A stretch of 64,000 nt of DNA, taken from Amphiscolops sp. MND2022 (Eukaryota). Positions within the stretch are counted from its first letter, which is position 1. Every line of letters begins with the position of its first letter. Below, piece after piece: positions 1 to 11,451 of this stretch. Below the pieces are notes generated by a model. It searched no databases. It was not told the origin of the DNA and was given only the letters and a program-made list of their open reading frames with translations. A program made the translations under genes and the position numbers. The stretch spans positions 24,616,001-24,680,000 of the forward strand of contig OZ076409.1 of the NCBI GenBank assembly GCA_964187785.1. The letters are read 5' to 3'.

Positions 1-69
1 GTTTGGAAAATTAGAACCCAATAAAGATTTGACACTATACTTGACTTGGGTATCATTTCTTGCATTTAG

Positions 70-228
70 ACTGGGACTAAAGGGTAAAACAACGAACTTG
101 GCAATGCTCCAAGCAGCGGAAAAGCGCAAACAGAAGAAGTTGCAAGTGCTGCAAAAATTGTATGAGAACCTCGATAAACGCATTGTCCCTGATAAAGAAG
201 TTAACTACGATCTTCTTCAAGAATCCAG
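70..228 (+). CDS. MRPL40: Mitochondrial ribosomal protein L40 (mL40), internal coding exon (upstream exons lie outside the window)
   Basis: Acceptor tttcttgcatttAG at 68-69 and donor GTatgt at 229. The 159-nt exon reads RLGLKGKTTNLAMLQAAEKRKQKKLQVLQKLYENLDKRIVPDKEVNYDLLQESR and joins the next exon in phase 2. Confidence 0.7.
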
Positions 229-369
229 GTATGTATCTAACACATCTACAGAATTTACCCCTGTGTTTTTTATGTACAACTTTTTTGTGAGAATGATGTT
301 TTTTATTTCGAAAACTGTCCCAAACTGCAGAAACCTTACCCCAAAAGCCACAACTTTTGAATTTTCTTG

Positions 370-466
370 ATTTTAAGTTCAAAGGATCTAGTTAGTTTGT
401 TCATATGTTTCTGATTCATTTTAAGTTCAAAGGATCTAGTTAGTTTGTTCATATGTTTCTGATTCA
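370..466. repeat. 48-bp tandem duplication (2 copies)
   Basis: attttaagttcaaaggatctagttagtttgttcatatgtttctgattc occurs twice back to back. Confidence 0.9.
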
Positions 467-726
467 TAACTTTGAGGGCAAATTTATTTTGATGGACTCA
501 AGGGTTTGACGTGAGAATCGGTCAAAAACATCCTTGTTATAATATTTCTGCGTATTTCTGAAGTATTAGAGAATGCTGTAAATGTGATCTTTTTCCAGAC
601 TTCTGTCAGCTCACTTCTTCGCTGATTCTAGTAGCAGTGAGGCAGCGCTACTTCAAGTCTACAGCTAATTTATTTATTCGTCGGCGCTTTTCTAGAAAAG
701 TTCCCGGCAATTACAGTAGCTAGTTT

Positions 727-1370
727 TTTTTAGTCAGCGCTTTTCTTGAGAAAAGTGCCCGACTATTACAGTGGCTTTTTTTTTCGTTTTTTTTTTCGTC
801 AGACCACAGAGCTCACGCTGTATATACCACTTTTTAGTAGATACTTTAATCGGTTTAGGAGAAACAGTGGTCGCGGGTTCGAGTCCCTGATTCATGCAAA
901 AACTTTTTCGTGCATTTGCAAAACCGGAAGACACTGAAGGGTATCCCCTTTCAATTTTTTGGCACAGACTTTTTTCGAGAATTTTTTTCCAAAGGGACCT
1001 CCTTAATTTTTTTGAAATTTTTTCCAACAAACCGGAGTTTCAAAAAGCTCAAAGGGTCTCTTTTACATTTTTAGACATGTAAACTGCGAGACGGTTTCAA
1101 AATTCTCATTTTTTGTCTGAAATTATGTCATTCTCAATATATACCCACAAATAATTTTTTCAATACTATCCGAAATTCTGACATAATATCCGGAGTAAAG
1201 CGCTACATCCGAATTTTCCACGTTATATCCGAACTATATTGCGTTTTACTAGGGAGGAGGGGGAGGTTCGAAAACAGGTGTTTTTCATAAAAAACGTCGG
1301 ACGCATATTTCAAAAACTGCGTTTTTGGAGCCTTAGAGATAGTGCCGACTTTAAACTTTCCCGACTTGTT
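727..1370 (+). mobile_element. Helentron-type (HINE/DINE-like) non-autonomous repeat
   Basis: 5' end TTTTT-AGTCAGCGC...CCCGACT; 3' end GAGCCTTAGAGATAGTGCCGACT, then a hairpin and CTTGTT. A second degenerate 5' end sits at ~676-720. Confidence 0.7.
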
Positions 1371-2130
1371 TCTTATAGCAGCGAGGCAGATCTTTCTCTG
1401 AGACGACGCAAACGAGTGATAGTTATTCGTACGCCGAGTTCATTGAGATGTCGCGAACGAGTGTTAATTATCCGTACGTCGAGAGTTTCGCATGCATTCG
1501 AATTAAAGACCGGATAATTATAAACATGAGTAAAGGTTAAAAGTAAAGGTTGTGAGAAAATGTCTATTTTTTTTTCATTTTGAATGCAAAATCAGGCAAC
1601 ATCGTTGCGGGTAAATGGAAATTGGCAAAGTTGATTTTCTGGGTAATATAAGCCTCCGCTTTCTACGCATTCACTGCGCATATTTTGTTTTTCTGAGAAA
1701 TATAGGTGAAAATAAGCAAATGTGTTTTGAAAATTTTCGACCAAACATGGGAATCACATACATGTTATTTGTTTACAGAGAGATCCGGTCCCTGATGCGA
1801 ATGCGGAACGTCATATGCTCTTAGTAGTTGTGATACTTACTTCAGATGCTTTTATTGAACATTAAAGTTAATGGTTATAGTAGCTTAAAGCAGAAATTTT
1901 CAGCTTATAGTTTTTTAGCAACATTTGTTATGTCAGCCAATAAAGTTATGCAATTGGAACAGTTTAAAAAATACAAAAGTTTTTTGATAGTTTTTGTCTC
2001 TTTTATAGGCACTTTTTGCAAAAAAAACTTAGTTTCTTCTGATGAAAAATGATAAATTTTGGAATTTTTGTTTTTTGGGGGCAATTTATGATTTGTTTCC
2101 GAATTTTTTAAACATGAAGCGTTGTTTCAG

Positions 2131-2317
2131 ACAACGAGAATCTTTGGAATTGGACAGTGAAGAAATCAACAGAAGAGCTCTGTTGGATAAAGAATGGAGT
2201 CTTTTCCGAAATAAGCAAAACGGACAGTTCTCAAAGGCACTCAGCAGGTTGATGGCACGCCAAAAACATGCTTTGAAAAGTCTGAGGGAAATAGATGAGC
2301 ACGGTTTATACCAACAG
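2131..2317 (+). CDS. MRPL40: MRPL40 internal coding exon
   Basis: Acceptor ttgtttcAG and donor GTaggt. The peptide RQRESLELDSEEINRRALLDKEWSLFRNKQ...LMARQKHALKSLREIDEHGLYQQ matches the conserved mL40 core (human [30 protein letters not shown]...MLEAQQEALEELQLE). Confidence 0.85.
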
Positions 2318-2347
2318 GTAGGTTGTGTATAACGAATTGGTTATTCA

Positions 2348-2838
2348 TTTTTTGTCGTACTTAGTAAAGGAAAAAAGCCCGACTCTTACAGTGAGTAGTT
2401 TTTTTTTCAGTTGACAATCTCACTCTGAATGGTCCACTTTTCTTACAATTTGTTCATCTTTCATATTTGTTCATCTTCGACCAAGCCGGAGAGCGCGGGT
2501 TCGATTCTCGCACTAAACCATAAATTTTTTAATGCTTCCAAAAGTACAGGTGAGACCAAAGGGTCCCCCCTTTGGGTTTTTTTTGGCACTATGCGACTTT
2601 TTTCGAAAATTTTCGAATTTTATCAAAGGGTACCCCCTTGCATTTTTTTGAAGTTTTCGGTTTGTAGAAAACGTTGAATGATCCTAAATGACCTCTTTTT
2701 AGGTTTTTCGGCATTGTGCGACTTTTTTACCAAATACTTTTTTTTGGAAAAAAAATTTTCCAAATATTTCCAATAGTTGTTCCTTGAATATTTTTGAGCC
2801 TAAGATATGGCGCCGACTTGGGACGTTCCCGTCTTGTT
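2348..2838 (+). mobile_element. Helentron-type non-autonomous repeat
   Basis: Same termini; 3' end GAGCCTAAGATATGGCGCCGACTTGGGACGTTCCCGTCTTGTT. Internal AAGGGTCCCCCC / TTTCGGCACTATGCGACTTTTT modules. Confidence 0.75.
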
Positions 2839-3342
2839 CAATTGTGCTTAACTAATGTCAAGTTGATAACACTTCGAAAAGTTCAATCACAGCAAAGTCT
2901 TTTCATGACATGAATAATTTAAGTTACGATAATTTAGTTTTGGGTGATGAAATAAACAATTTTGCAAATGGAAATTTTTGATACGTCGGAATAAAATTAT
3001 CGTTTTGTAATTTTTTAAAATGTATATTTCCGCGTAAGTTGAAATGTGATAGAAGCCGTGAAGGTTATCTTCAGCTATGAATAGTTGAGTTATAAATCGT
3101 CAGACAGCACGCAACCAACCCGCTATTTGGAAATTTTTATTTGAAAATGTCGTTTTAACCAGCCCGTTGCTTCATGAATTAGTTTGTGTGGTAAATCTGT
3201 TATCAAATATTTTCTCTGAAAAGAATCTGACAATTGTTCTACTTCTAGGAAACGTAAATGAATTGCTTCAAAACAGCCCGATCCATTTGCTCCAATTGCT
3301 TCAAACAGTTGCTGGCTGGCTGAGATATACTATGGTACACTA

Positions 3343-3429
3343 AGTCGGGAACGACCCACGTCGGCGCCTTGCTCCTGGCTCGAAATATTCGAAGTATTTT
3401 CAATTCGGTAAAATTCCGCAGAACGTCTC
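3343..3429 (-). mobile_element. 3' end of a Helentron-type repeat, interrupted by the Gypsy insertion (continues after 8852)
   Basis: The reverse complement reads GAGCCAGGAGCAAGGCGCCGACGTGGGTCGTTCCCGACTT. The family internal motif AAAATAGTCGCACAATGCCG reappears at ~8918. Confidence 0.55.
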
Positions 3430-3808
3430 TGTTGACGATAAGCTCAAGCAAAAACAAAGTAGAGGAATCGAATGTTGTATTGATGAAGTGGTAATTGAAA
3501 TGTTTGAAGCAAACTGTTTTTACTAAAGGCTGTCACGCAAAGTGACTAAGGTTGGCAAGATTCAGACTAAGGTTTAAAAGGTATTGTTTACAAATAAGTC
3601 TATGATCTTTAATATCTACCACATTCCCCCTTTTACGGGTTTTTACAATTCTTTCCTCAAATTTGAATGTTTAATAAATACAAATGTAAATGTTGATAGC
3701 TGTTACATTTGATTAGCACAACACAAATGTTAAGATTATACAACACGATTAAGACTGTTTTGGTACAACTAAAATTTCTGCGGTTAGCAGGTTTGTAGTC
3801 TTTTTCTT

Positions 3809-6800
3809 CTATTCTGCTGTTGTTGTCGAGATCAGATCGATCCCATATCTCTTTGTTGGGACTCTCTTTCTGTCCAGTACCCTGGCTGGCCCTGGCTTCT
3901 CCACTTCCCATCGAATTGTTGCGTTGATGGGGTTTGCGCTGTTCCCCGGGGCTTCTTCATTTTTCTTTTCTTTATCAGTTTCGGTTTTTATTTCAAAACC
4001 TCTTGTTGACTCATCACCCCCATCTGTGCTGCTAGTTGCGATGTCGATTATTTCCGGGCGTTCTTCATTCTCAAGGTCGAACACAATTTCTTGAATTTTC
4101 GGATTTGTCTTCTTTTTCATGTTTGTTTCATTTGGCGGTTCTTCATCATTGCTAGATGTATCCAGTACTGCGCGGTTTCTTTTCTGGGTGCCAACGATTT
4201 TTCTTTGATCTTTTGATAGCTTTGCAATGTCGCGTTTTGAGTACATCTTCACCTTCTTTGATGCCTCAGGCAGAATTGAAATCGTGTGTTCTGTTTTTTT
4301 TTAAGACGCGTCCTGTTTTTCGTTCAAATGCCCCTTCCAGCTTGGATCCGCGGGACCTCTCCCTCACCAAGACAGTTGAGTCTAGATCATCTTGGAAGTC
4401 TGTTGGGCTGAATTCCAGGCTGTTGTCTTGTTCTGAAATGTCTAGAAGTTTGCTCACTGCGTTTGATTTCACTGTATTCGGTTCTCTACCTAGTTGTTTT
4501 TCAAATGGTGATTTACCGTCTTTTCGCTTACTTATGCGCAGTGCGTATAGTATTTCAGGCTGAATTCCAGGCTGTTGTCTTGTTCTGAAATGTCTAGAAG
4601 TTTGCTCACTGCGTTTGATTTCACTGTATTCGGTTCTCTACCTAGTTGTTTTTCAAATGGTGATTTACCGTCTTTTCGCTTACTTATGCGCAGTGCGTAT
4701 AGTATTTCTGATAAGCGTGATTGGTCCTTCGTTAGTATTATTTGTTTATTCGCGCGTAAACATTCGTTAATCGTCCTTATCAGTCGCTCAATTTTTCCAT
4801 TTCCCTTGTGATCGCGTACTGGACAATGCTCAATGCAAAATTGGTTACAAAACTTTTTGAACGCTTCGCTCATGAATACTGTACCTGGGTCTGTTCTTAT
4901 CTTTTTGGGTACTCCGTATTGCGCTATGTACTGCTTTAAAAACTCTAACACTTTTTTGGTTGTTGGTTAATGTAAAAATTTCGCGTCCGGCCATCCCGAG
5001 AAAAGATCGATCGAGACTAATAAATACTTTTCCCCTTCCTTTGCGTTTTGGAATGGGCCCGCAAAGTCTATCGCTAATTCTTCGTTTTGTTCCTTAGCTA
5101 CCGGGATTTTTCCATTAGCCGTTTGACTTAGGACACATTTTAAATTCTTACCTGCTTGGAGACAGTTTTCACATAAGCGGGCTTGATCGATGACCTCCCG
5201 ATGAATTCGGGGCCACCAAATATCAGCTACCATTTGATAACATTGCATCCCTTCCGGGATGACCGTAATGTAATGAACACATTATCATTTGTCTCATTGA
5301 CTGAGGTATCACTAATCTATTGTCCATTGTCCATATAGAGGAAATCACGGCTATCGAGGGAAAACGATTGAAATTTTTCCCGCCATGGAGGGGGGAGTCG
5401 ATTTACAGCAGTTTTATTGTACTTTTTTATAATTGCAATTACTCTCTGAATGGTTTTGTCCGCCGCATAGTTTGCAGGTAACATCTTTTCGTTTAAAAGC
5501 ATGATTGCTGAGTTTTGATTCATTTTCGCGACTTTAACACGTTTAACACTTTGGCTGCAGTGAATCTTACTTTGTTTCCTCAAATGGCGTTCGTCCTGCT
5601 TTCTGATTGACTGAGAATTCTTTGCATCGATTACGCGGTAAATGCTATTCCGCTCGCTTTCATCATTCGCTCTATTCTCGCTGGTCGTCGCGTTGGCTTC
5701 TAAAACATCATTTAAACTAATTACACTATTTACAGTGAACCATTCATTCCAGAGGGTTTCAGCTTTTACCGTTGCCCCTTGCATTTCGGAGGGATGTCTG
5801 GATAGGTAGTCTGCCATTCCTAATGTTCTTCCTGCGGCGTGTACTACTTCAAATTGAAATGGTAAAAGTCTATCTACCCATCTCGTTAGCCTGCTCGAAA
5901 ATGTCTTATTTCCTCGATTGGGTTTCAAAACTGAGATAAGGGCTTTGTGATCTGATACTACTTAAACTGTACACCATATACATAATTTTTAAAATGTTCG
6001 ATGGCCCACACAATGGCTAATAATTCTAATTCATTTATTGAGTATTTGGCTTCAAAATCTGTTAAAAATCTTGACGCAAAGCAAATTGGTCGCCATTCAC
6101 CGTTTTCTTGAATTTGTTGTAAAACTGCGCCTAGACCTTGTTTGCTAGCGTCGCAAATTATTCTAATTTCTTTGTCTCGTTTAAAATGTGACAGTTCTGC
6201 GGTTTTACTTATTTCTTGGTTAATTTTTAAAAATGCTTCTTCATGTTCTTTTTGCCACTTCCACTCCGCGTCCTTTTTCAGTATTGATCTAAATGGATAG
6301 CTAATTGTTGCTAAATAGGGGATGAATTTATTAAAATGATTGACTGCGCCCAGGAATGTACGTAATTGTTTTAATTTTGTTGGCCTCAATCTGCTGCTTA
6401 TTCCCTGGGCTTTTGTGTTAATGGGGGATATGCCAGTTCTTGATAATTTGTACCCCAGCCATTCTATGCTTGTCTTCGCAATTACACATTTTTCAGCTTT
6501 CAACTGCAACTTCGCTCCATCGAGTATTTTCATGACTTCCCTCACTTTATTTATATGATCGTGCTTTGTTCCCTTGGTTACTATTAAAATGTCTATATAC
6601 ACAAATACACTATTTATATTCGCTAGCGTGAGGTCCATTACTTTTTGGATTTCTGTGGGCATTATGGTCAAGCCATAATAGCCGGTAGTGAAGCGATATG
6701 TTCCGGTGGATTTTCCTCCTATGATTTGAAAATTACAGTGTCTTTTCGTCAATTCATGTAGAGGTATTTGACCATATGCGTAGGTCATGTCTACTGATGA

Positions 6801-7259
6801 ATACCATGCCTCGCCTGTATTGTTTTCGTCTAATTTCTCAGCAATTAAATCAATTAAATTATCGAAATTCGGCATTTGATATTTGTCTTTAGCTATGGAC
6901 TCATTTAGCGCCCTCGCGTCCAGTGCTATTTTCACGGATTTATCTTTCTTGACAGTTATCACCGTTGGTTGAATAAATACATCGTCGCGAATCTTTTCAA
7001 CTTTCTCAATATGCCCCTCCTTTAGTAATTTATTGATTTCAGCGTCTACTTGATTCTGTAATTGAATAGGGACTCGGGGTCCCTTCTGCTGAGAAATTCT
7101 TGCATTATCTTTCATTTTAATTTTGATTTCGTAGTTTTTCACACGGCCTTTTCTGGTAAACAATTTTGGAAAATCTCCCATTAATTGCTTAATCTCGGGG
7201 CTTAATTGTCCCTCACTTTCCGCCTCATTTGTTGAGTTGACGCAATTTACAGACTTCAT
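3809..7259 (-). pseudogene. RT, RNase H and integrase of the Mag-like element (disrupted)
   Basis: RT motif YxDD is reduced to YIDIL (one Asp lost). RNase H CDASKQGLGAVL. Integrase motifs AIDFAGPF, RTDPGTVF, GKIERLIRT. Several frameshifts and an internal duplication. Confidence 0.9.
4406..4708. repeat. 151-bp tandem duplication within integrase
   Basis: 4406-4556 and 4558-4708 are identical by eye, separated by a single A. Confidence 0.9.
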
Positions 7260-8654
7260 TTACGGGATCGACGCAATTTACATTTTTGTCAATTCCTTCA
7301 CACTCACCTCGTTCTATTGGTTGGTTAATTCTGTAGCGGAGAGCAACTAGCCAATCGCGGCCTACTATTGACTTTCCTGAGTCCGGCGCCACTAAGACTC
7401 TCGCCTTGGACACGGTTACTCCTGCCACTTCTAATCGCACGAATTGATAGCCCAAAAGTTCAAGCGGCTTTTTGTTATAGTCCACGTATCGCTCGTTTTC
7501 AATCATCTCTCTGATGACTACTTTCCGCTCGCCCACGATTTTTTGTAAATCTTTCTCTGTGAAAATAGATACCGGGGATCCCGTGTCTATTATGGCTTTG
7601 AAATAATTTCCGCACATTAGGCCTTCCATGTAGAAGGGTTTGCTTCCTTTCCCTTCGATCTTTAATACAAGTTGCTCTTCGTCTACTTCTGATTCGTCTT
7701 CAGTATCTTCAATGTAGTTGACTCTTCGCATTCCCTGTTCGTTTCTGCTCTTCAGCCTTTTCACCGTCTCCTTTTGTCGATTAGGATGTTTTTTATTACA
7801 GCATTTTTCAGTATGTCCAACTATTTTACAAAATTTACAGCGATAATTAGCAGCTTGACAGAGTTTTACATGCTCCATCGTAAAGTTTGGTTCCCCGCAT
7901 CTGAAGCATTCCCGTGGATTCGACTTTTCCACAGCAAATACAGGTTCGCTTTTTATGCTTGTTTTGGGGGTTTCACTCGAATGAGACTCGTACGCTTTTT
8001 GCCTTTTCACCCTCTCCTCGAATGCTATGGCGAACTCTAGGGCTTGTTCCGGTTCTTTGGGCTCGGTACAAAGTTTTTCTTGTACTTTTTTATTGTTCAT
8101 GTGCAGAATGAACATATCTAGCACCAAAGTTGTCGTTATTTCGCCCAAGTCACATTGTGCTGCCAATCCATTCAAGGCGTGCCAATACTGGTAGAGCGAT
8201 TCCCGGGTTGTTGGTACCTTGAGAAGAAACGATGTCGGTCTAGGGTGCGATTTCTCTTTTTCTGGAAGCATTCTGTGCACAAATTTAACATCTCTCCTGC
8301 TTTGAGGTCCCATAATGTAGTGTGTGGAAATTTATCTCGGAATTGCTTTCTCGCTGCGCCCCCCCCCCCCAACGATAAGTAAAGTACACTTACAATTTTC
8401 TTGTTTGCAGGGTCTTCGTCCAAGTCCCCAGTAAGGGCTCGAACCCTGGGACTTTGTTCGGTCACTTGACGTGTGAGCTCCGTGATGGATATTGAATATT
8501 TTGCCATTGCGGCAACTTGAAAGAGATCCACCCACTTGTCCCATTCCATAGTTGGGTTTTCGTCTGCATCGTGCCAAAACACTGGGAGACCCACTAAATG
8601 TGTTAATGACGAAGTCTGCACAGAAGAATTTTCTGAATTTGCTCGCAGCGCCAT
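7225..8654 (-). pseudogene. gag + aspartic protease of the Mag-like element (frameshifted)
   Basis: Two zinc knuckles (CFRCGEPNFTMEHVKLC, CKFCKIVGHTEKCC) and protease motif AIIDTGSPVSI. Frameshifts near 8360 and 8200. Confidence 0.9.
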
Positions 8655-9078
8655 GTTGACGATAAGCTCAGGCACAAACAAAGTAGAGGAATCGAATGTT
8701 GTATTGATGAAGTGGTAATTGAAATGTTTGAAGCAAACTGTTTTTACTAAAGGCTGTCACGCAAAGTGACTAAGGTTGGCAAGATTCAGACTAAGGTTTA
8801 ACAGGTATTGTTTACAAATAAGTCTATGATCTTTAGTATCTACCACACTCTCGGTGCCGAAAGAAACACCGAGACAGGGTCTTTCAGGCTTACGAAGGTT
8901 TTCCCTTTGGTGAATCAAAAATAGTCGCACAATGCCGGAAAAGTAAAGACTTTATCTCGAAAAATAGTCGACAGAAACTTCAGCGCTTTTTAGATACGTA
9001 ATCAATGGAAAAATCCATGAAGCCGAAGTGCTACCCTGTCTCTGTGTTTCTTTCGGCACCGAGAGGTTCTGCAGAATA

Positions 9079-9221
9079 CAAGGTAATGAATTCGTATTTT
9101 TGATTCCAAAACAAAGATACTACTTTAATTGTGCTTGATATTTGAAGCAGTGCTTCAAATATCAAGAACAATCAAAATAGTATCTTTGTTTTGGAATCAA
9201 AAATACGAATTCATTACCTTG
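9079..9221. repeat. 143-bp near-perfect palindrome (possible foldback/MITE)
   Basis: CAAGGTAATGAATTCG...TTTGAAGCA-G-TGCTTCAAA...CGAATTCATTACCTTG; two 71-bp arms centred on 9150 with few mismatches. Confidence 0.9.
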
Positions 9222-9343
9222 TTTTCTTGAGAAATTGAAAAATCTGCTTCAAACGGTCTTTTAAGAATTTTTCCAGCAATGCCTGTCGGAATTTCAGCAA
9301 GTTCAAACTCTACCAAGTATGTCGATTCGACTTGCCCGTGAAT

Positions 9344-9700
9344 AAAACAAGCCGGTAACGGCCCAAGTTGGCGTCAAAACTAGAAAACAGTAAAGTCTTT
9401 CAACTATACTAAGCGACAACTATTCTTAAATTTTTTTATCAAACTCGTAGTTTGAAAAAATACCCGGATGGACACCCTTGGGCTTTTTCCGAAAACATCA
9501 AAATGACTTTGTAAAAAACAGTCGAGAAAAAGTCACAGAGTGCCGCAAAACTGGCTCTTTGGTTTCGTTTACCTCTGTGAATTCACAAGAAAATCATTTG
9601 TCTAGTCGTGGATTCGAACCGCTTATTCCCAGGCACGCATTCTATCTACTAGGCCAAGTAGCGTAAAAACGGAACAAAGTGAAGAAATCATCAAATTTGT
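9344..9700 (-). mobile_element. Degenerate Helentron-type repeat containing tRNA-like A/B boxes
   Basis: AAAACAAGCCGGTAACGGCCCAAGTTGGCG is the family 3' end in reverse. The minus strand at 9601-9664 has TGGCCTAGTAGA...GGTTCGAATCC. The right-hand boundary is approximate. Confidence 0.5.
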
Positions 9701-11205
9701 CAGTTCGAGTGTCTTAGTACTATCAGTACTAGCCGGTCTTAGTCAGTCAGTCAGCGTTTTGTATCGATAGAGACGGTTAAACAGCGTTTTCTAATATACC
9801 GTTGGACAATGCGATTATGAACTTTACGTCTTGCCAACAAGAAAGTGGGCTCCTGAATTTATTGTTTCGAATTTTCGTTTCTTTTCATGTGGAACTTAAT
9901 AAGAGTTTTGTCACCTAACGTTTATAGTGTAACATAATTCGGTCATGGAATAATTGCGATAAAACGCAGTTTGTCTTTTTGCTGGGCAGATGATAATGTG
10001 AATATAACCAACCTATAATTTTTCACCTTTTCAAAATGAATTTCGGAAAGTTAGCAAGGTACCGAGGTACCGAAATTCATCTGCCGTTAAAATCCAAAAT
10101 TTTGCTTTTCAATCATCGGGAAAAAATCTGCGCAACTGTCAACAAAAGGTCTTTTTGCTTCTAGCGCTTCTAGTCTTCTCATGCTTCTAGCACTTCATGT
10201 CGATGAAATACTTTCCGCTGCAAAAAAATATTGCATGCTTTTTGTTACGCTTTACTTTTTGGAATATATATATATTTTTACTTTTCCAATACTTCCGCAT
10301 GCCCAAAAGGTCGCTTGATATCAATTCAACATCCCTGGGAGTATTTCCCTACTCCCAAAGTTGCAGAAATTTGTGGCACATGTAGAACTTTTGTAAGATT
10401 TCACGGAAATAAGATTGTCATGTTTTGATACGAAATATCAAAAGATAGAGACAAATCATTCGAATATCATTCGATAGCAAATATGGTTTTTCCCGTGGCT
10501 TCCTTTTGGAGTTTTTTTCAAAATTCGAACGTTCGAGATTATTACCCAGTTTCAGGTCATATATATCTCACACCTACGACAAAATATGGTACCAATAATG
10601 TCGTCGAACAGCGTCTTGGCTGTCGATTATCCACAGAAACTTGTCAGACAACGCCTGTTTGGGAAGAAATACCTTTTGAAGTGTCAAGAAATGGTTGAAA
10701 TTTGAAACTCTTCGACTTCTTGGGTTTTGTCAACTCGAATTACAACGAAATGATGTTTTTCCGCTGTCAAAAATAGGTGTTTTAGCTTTCTATGTATCTG
10801 AGTGTCCTAGTGTATCTGCGGGTAAATTCCGACTGGTTCATTTCTATCTTTTCGTTCGCACCGGGACTGGTGTGATGATTTTAAAAGGCATAAACTGGCT
10901 TGATAATTTTTTAAAATTGAAGTTTTAATGCATGGAGAAATTTCCGTGGAATTTTTTTAAAATCATGCTTAAATTTAAAAGTGCTTTTGGCAACATGCAA
11001 AAATTTGTAAGAGGTTCAAGCCGCTTCACCAGGGATCGCACGTAAATTTGAAGTGTATAACCTTATTGGCTAATTCAGGTTTAAAGAGCTCATTTTTGCC
11101 TGATTGCTAAATTGAAAAAAATAACTATCAATTTTCGAAAGTTATGACTCGTTTTTCTCCTAAATCTGTAAAATCGTGCTGCATGAAAGATTGTGACGTT
11201 TTCAG

Positions 11206-11451
11206 GCAGTCGGCTTAGACCCGCAATCTATTCCGCACACGATAGACTACCTGCCAAAATACCCGAAAATTGCGAATCATGATCACGTGGACGGCTACTT
11301 TTCTGATGTGACAAAAGAAAGGCGCGATTCTTCCACAGAGATAGTGAGGAGGGTCGAGCAAGCCAGGAAACACATGGCTGAGCAGAAACAGAAAGAATTG
11401 AACGCACGCAAAATGAGACGTATTCAAGAGTTGAAAGAGAAGAAACGTTAA
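11206..11451 (+). CDS. MRPL40: MRPL40 last coding exon
   Basis: Acceptor gttttcAG, phase 0. AVGLDPQSIPHTIDYLPKYPKIANHDHVDGYFSDVTK aligns with human [37 protein letters not shown]. Stop TAA at 11449-11451 is followed by ATTAAA. Confidence 0.8.
   Translation, partial: AVGLDPQSIPHTIDYLPKYPKIANHDHVDGYFSDVTKERRDSSTEIVRRVEQARKHMAEQKQKELNARKMRRIQELKEKKR

Larger units (their letters stand above)
3430..8847 (-). mobile_element. Ty3/Gypsy LTR retrotransposon, Mag-like, full length but decayed, antisense within an MRPL40 intron
   Basis: 194-bp TG...CA LTRs at 3430-3623 and 8654-8847 (4 differences seen). 5-bp TSD gtctc/ctctc. PBS TGGCGCTGCGAGC (8641-8653, tRNA-Ser-like) and PPT GTAAAAGGGGGAA (3624-3636). 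Domain order PR-RT-RH-IN. Confidence 0.95.
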
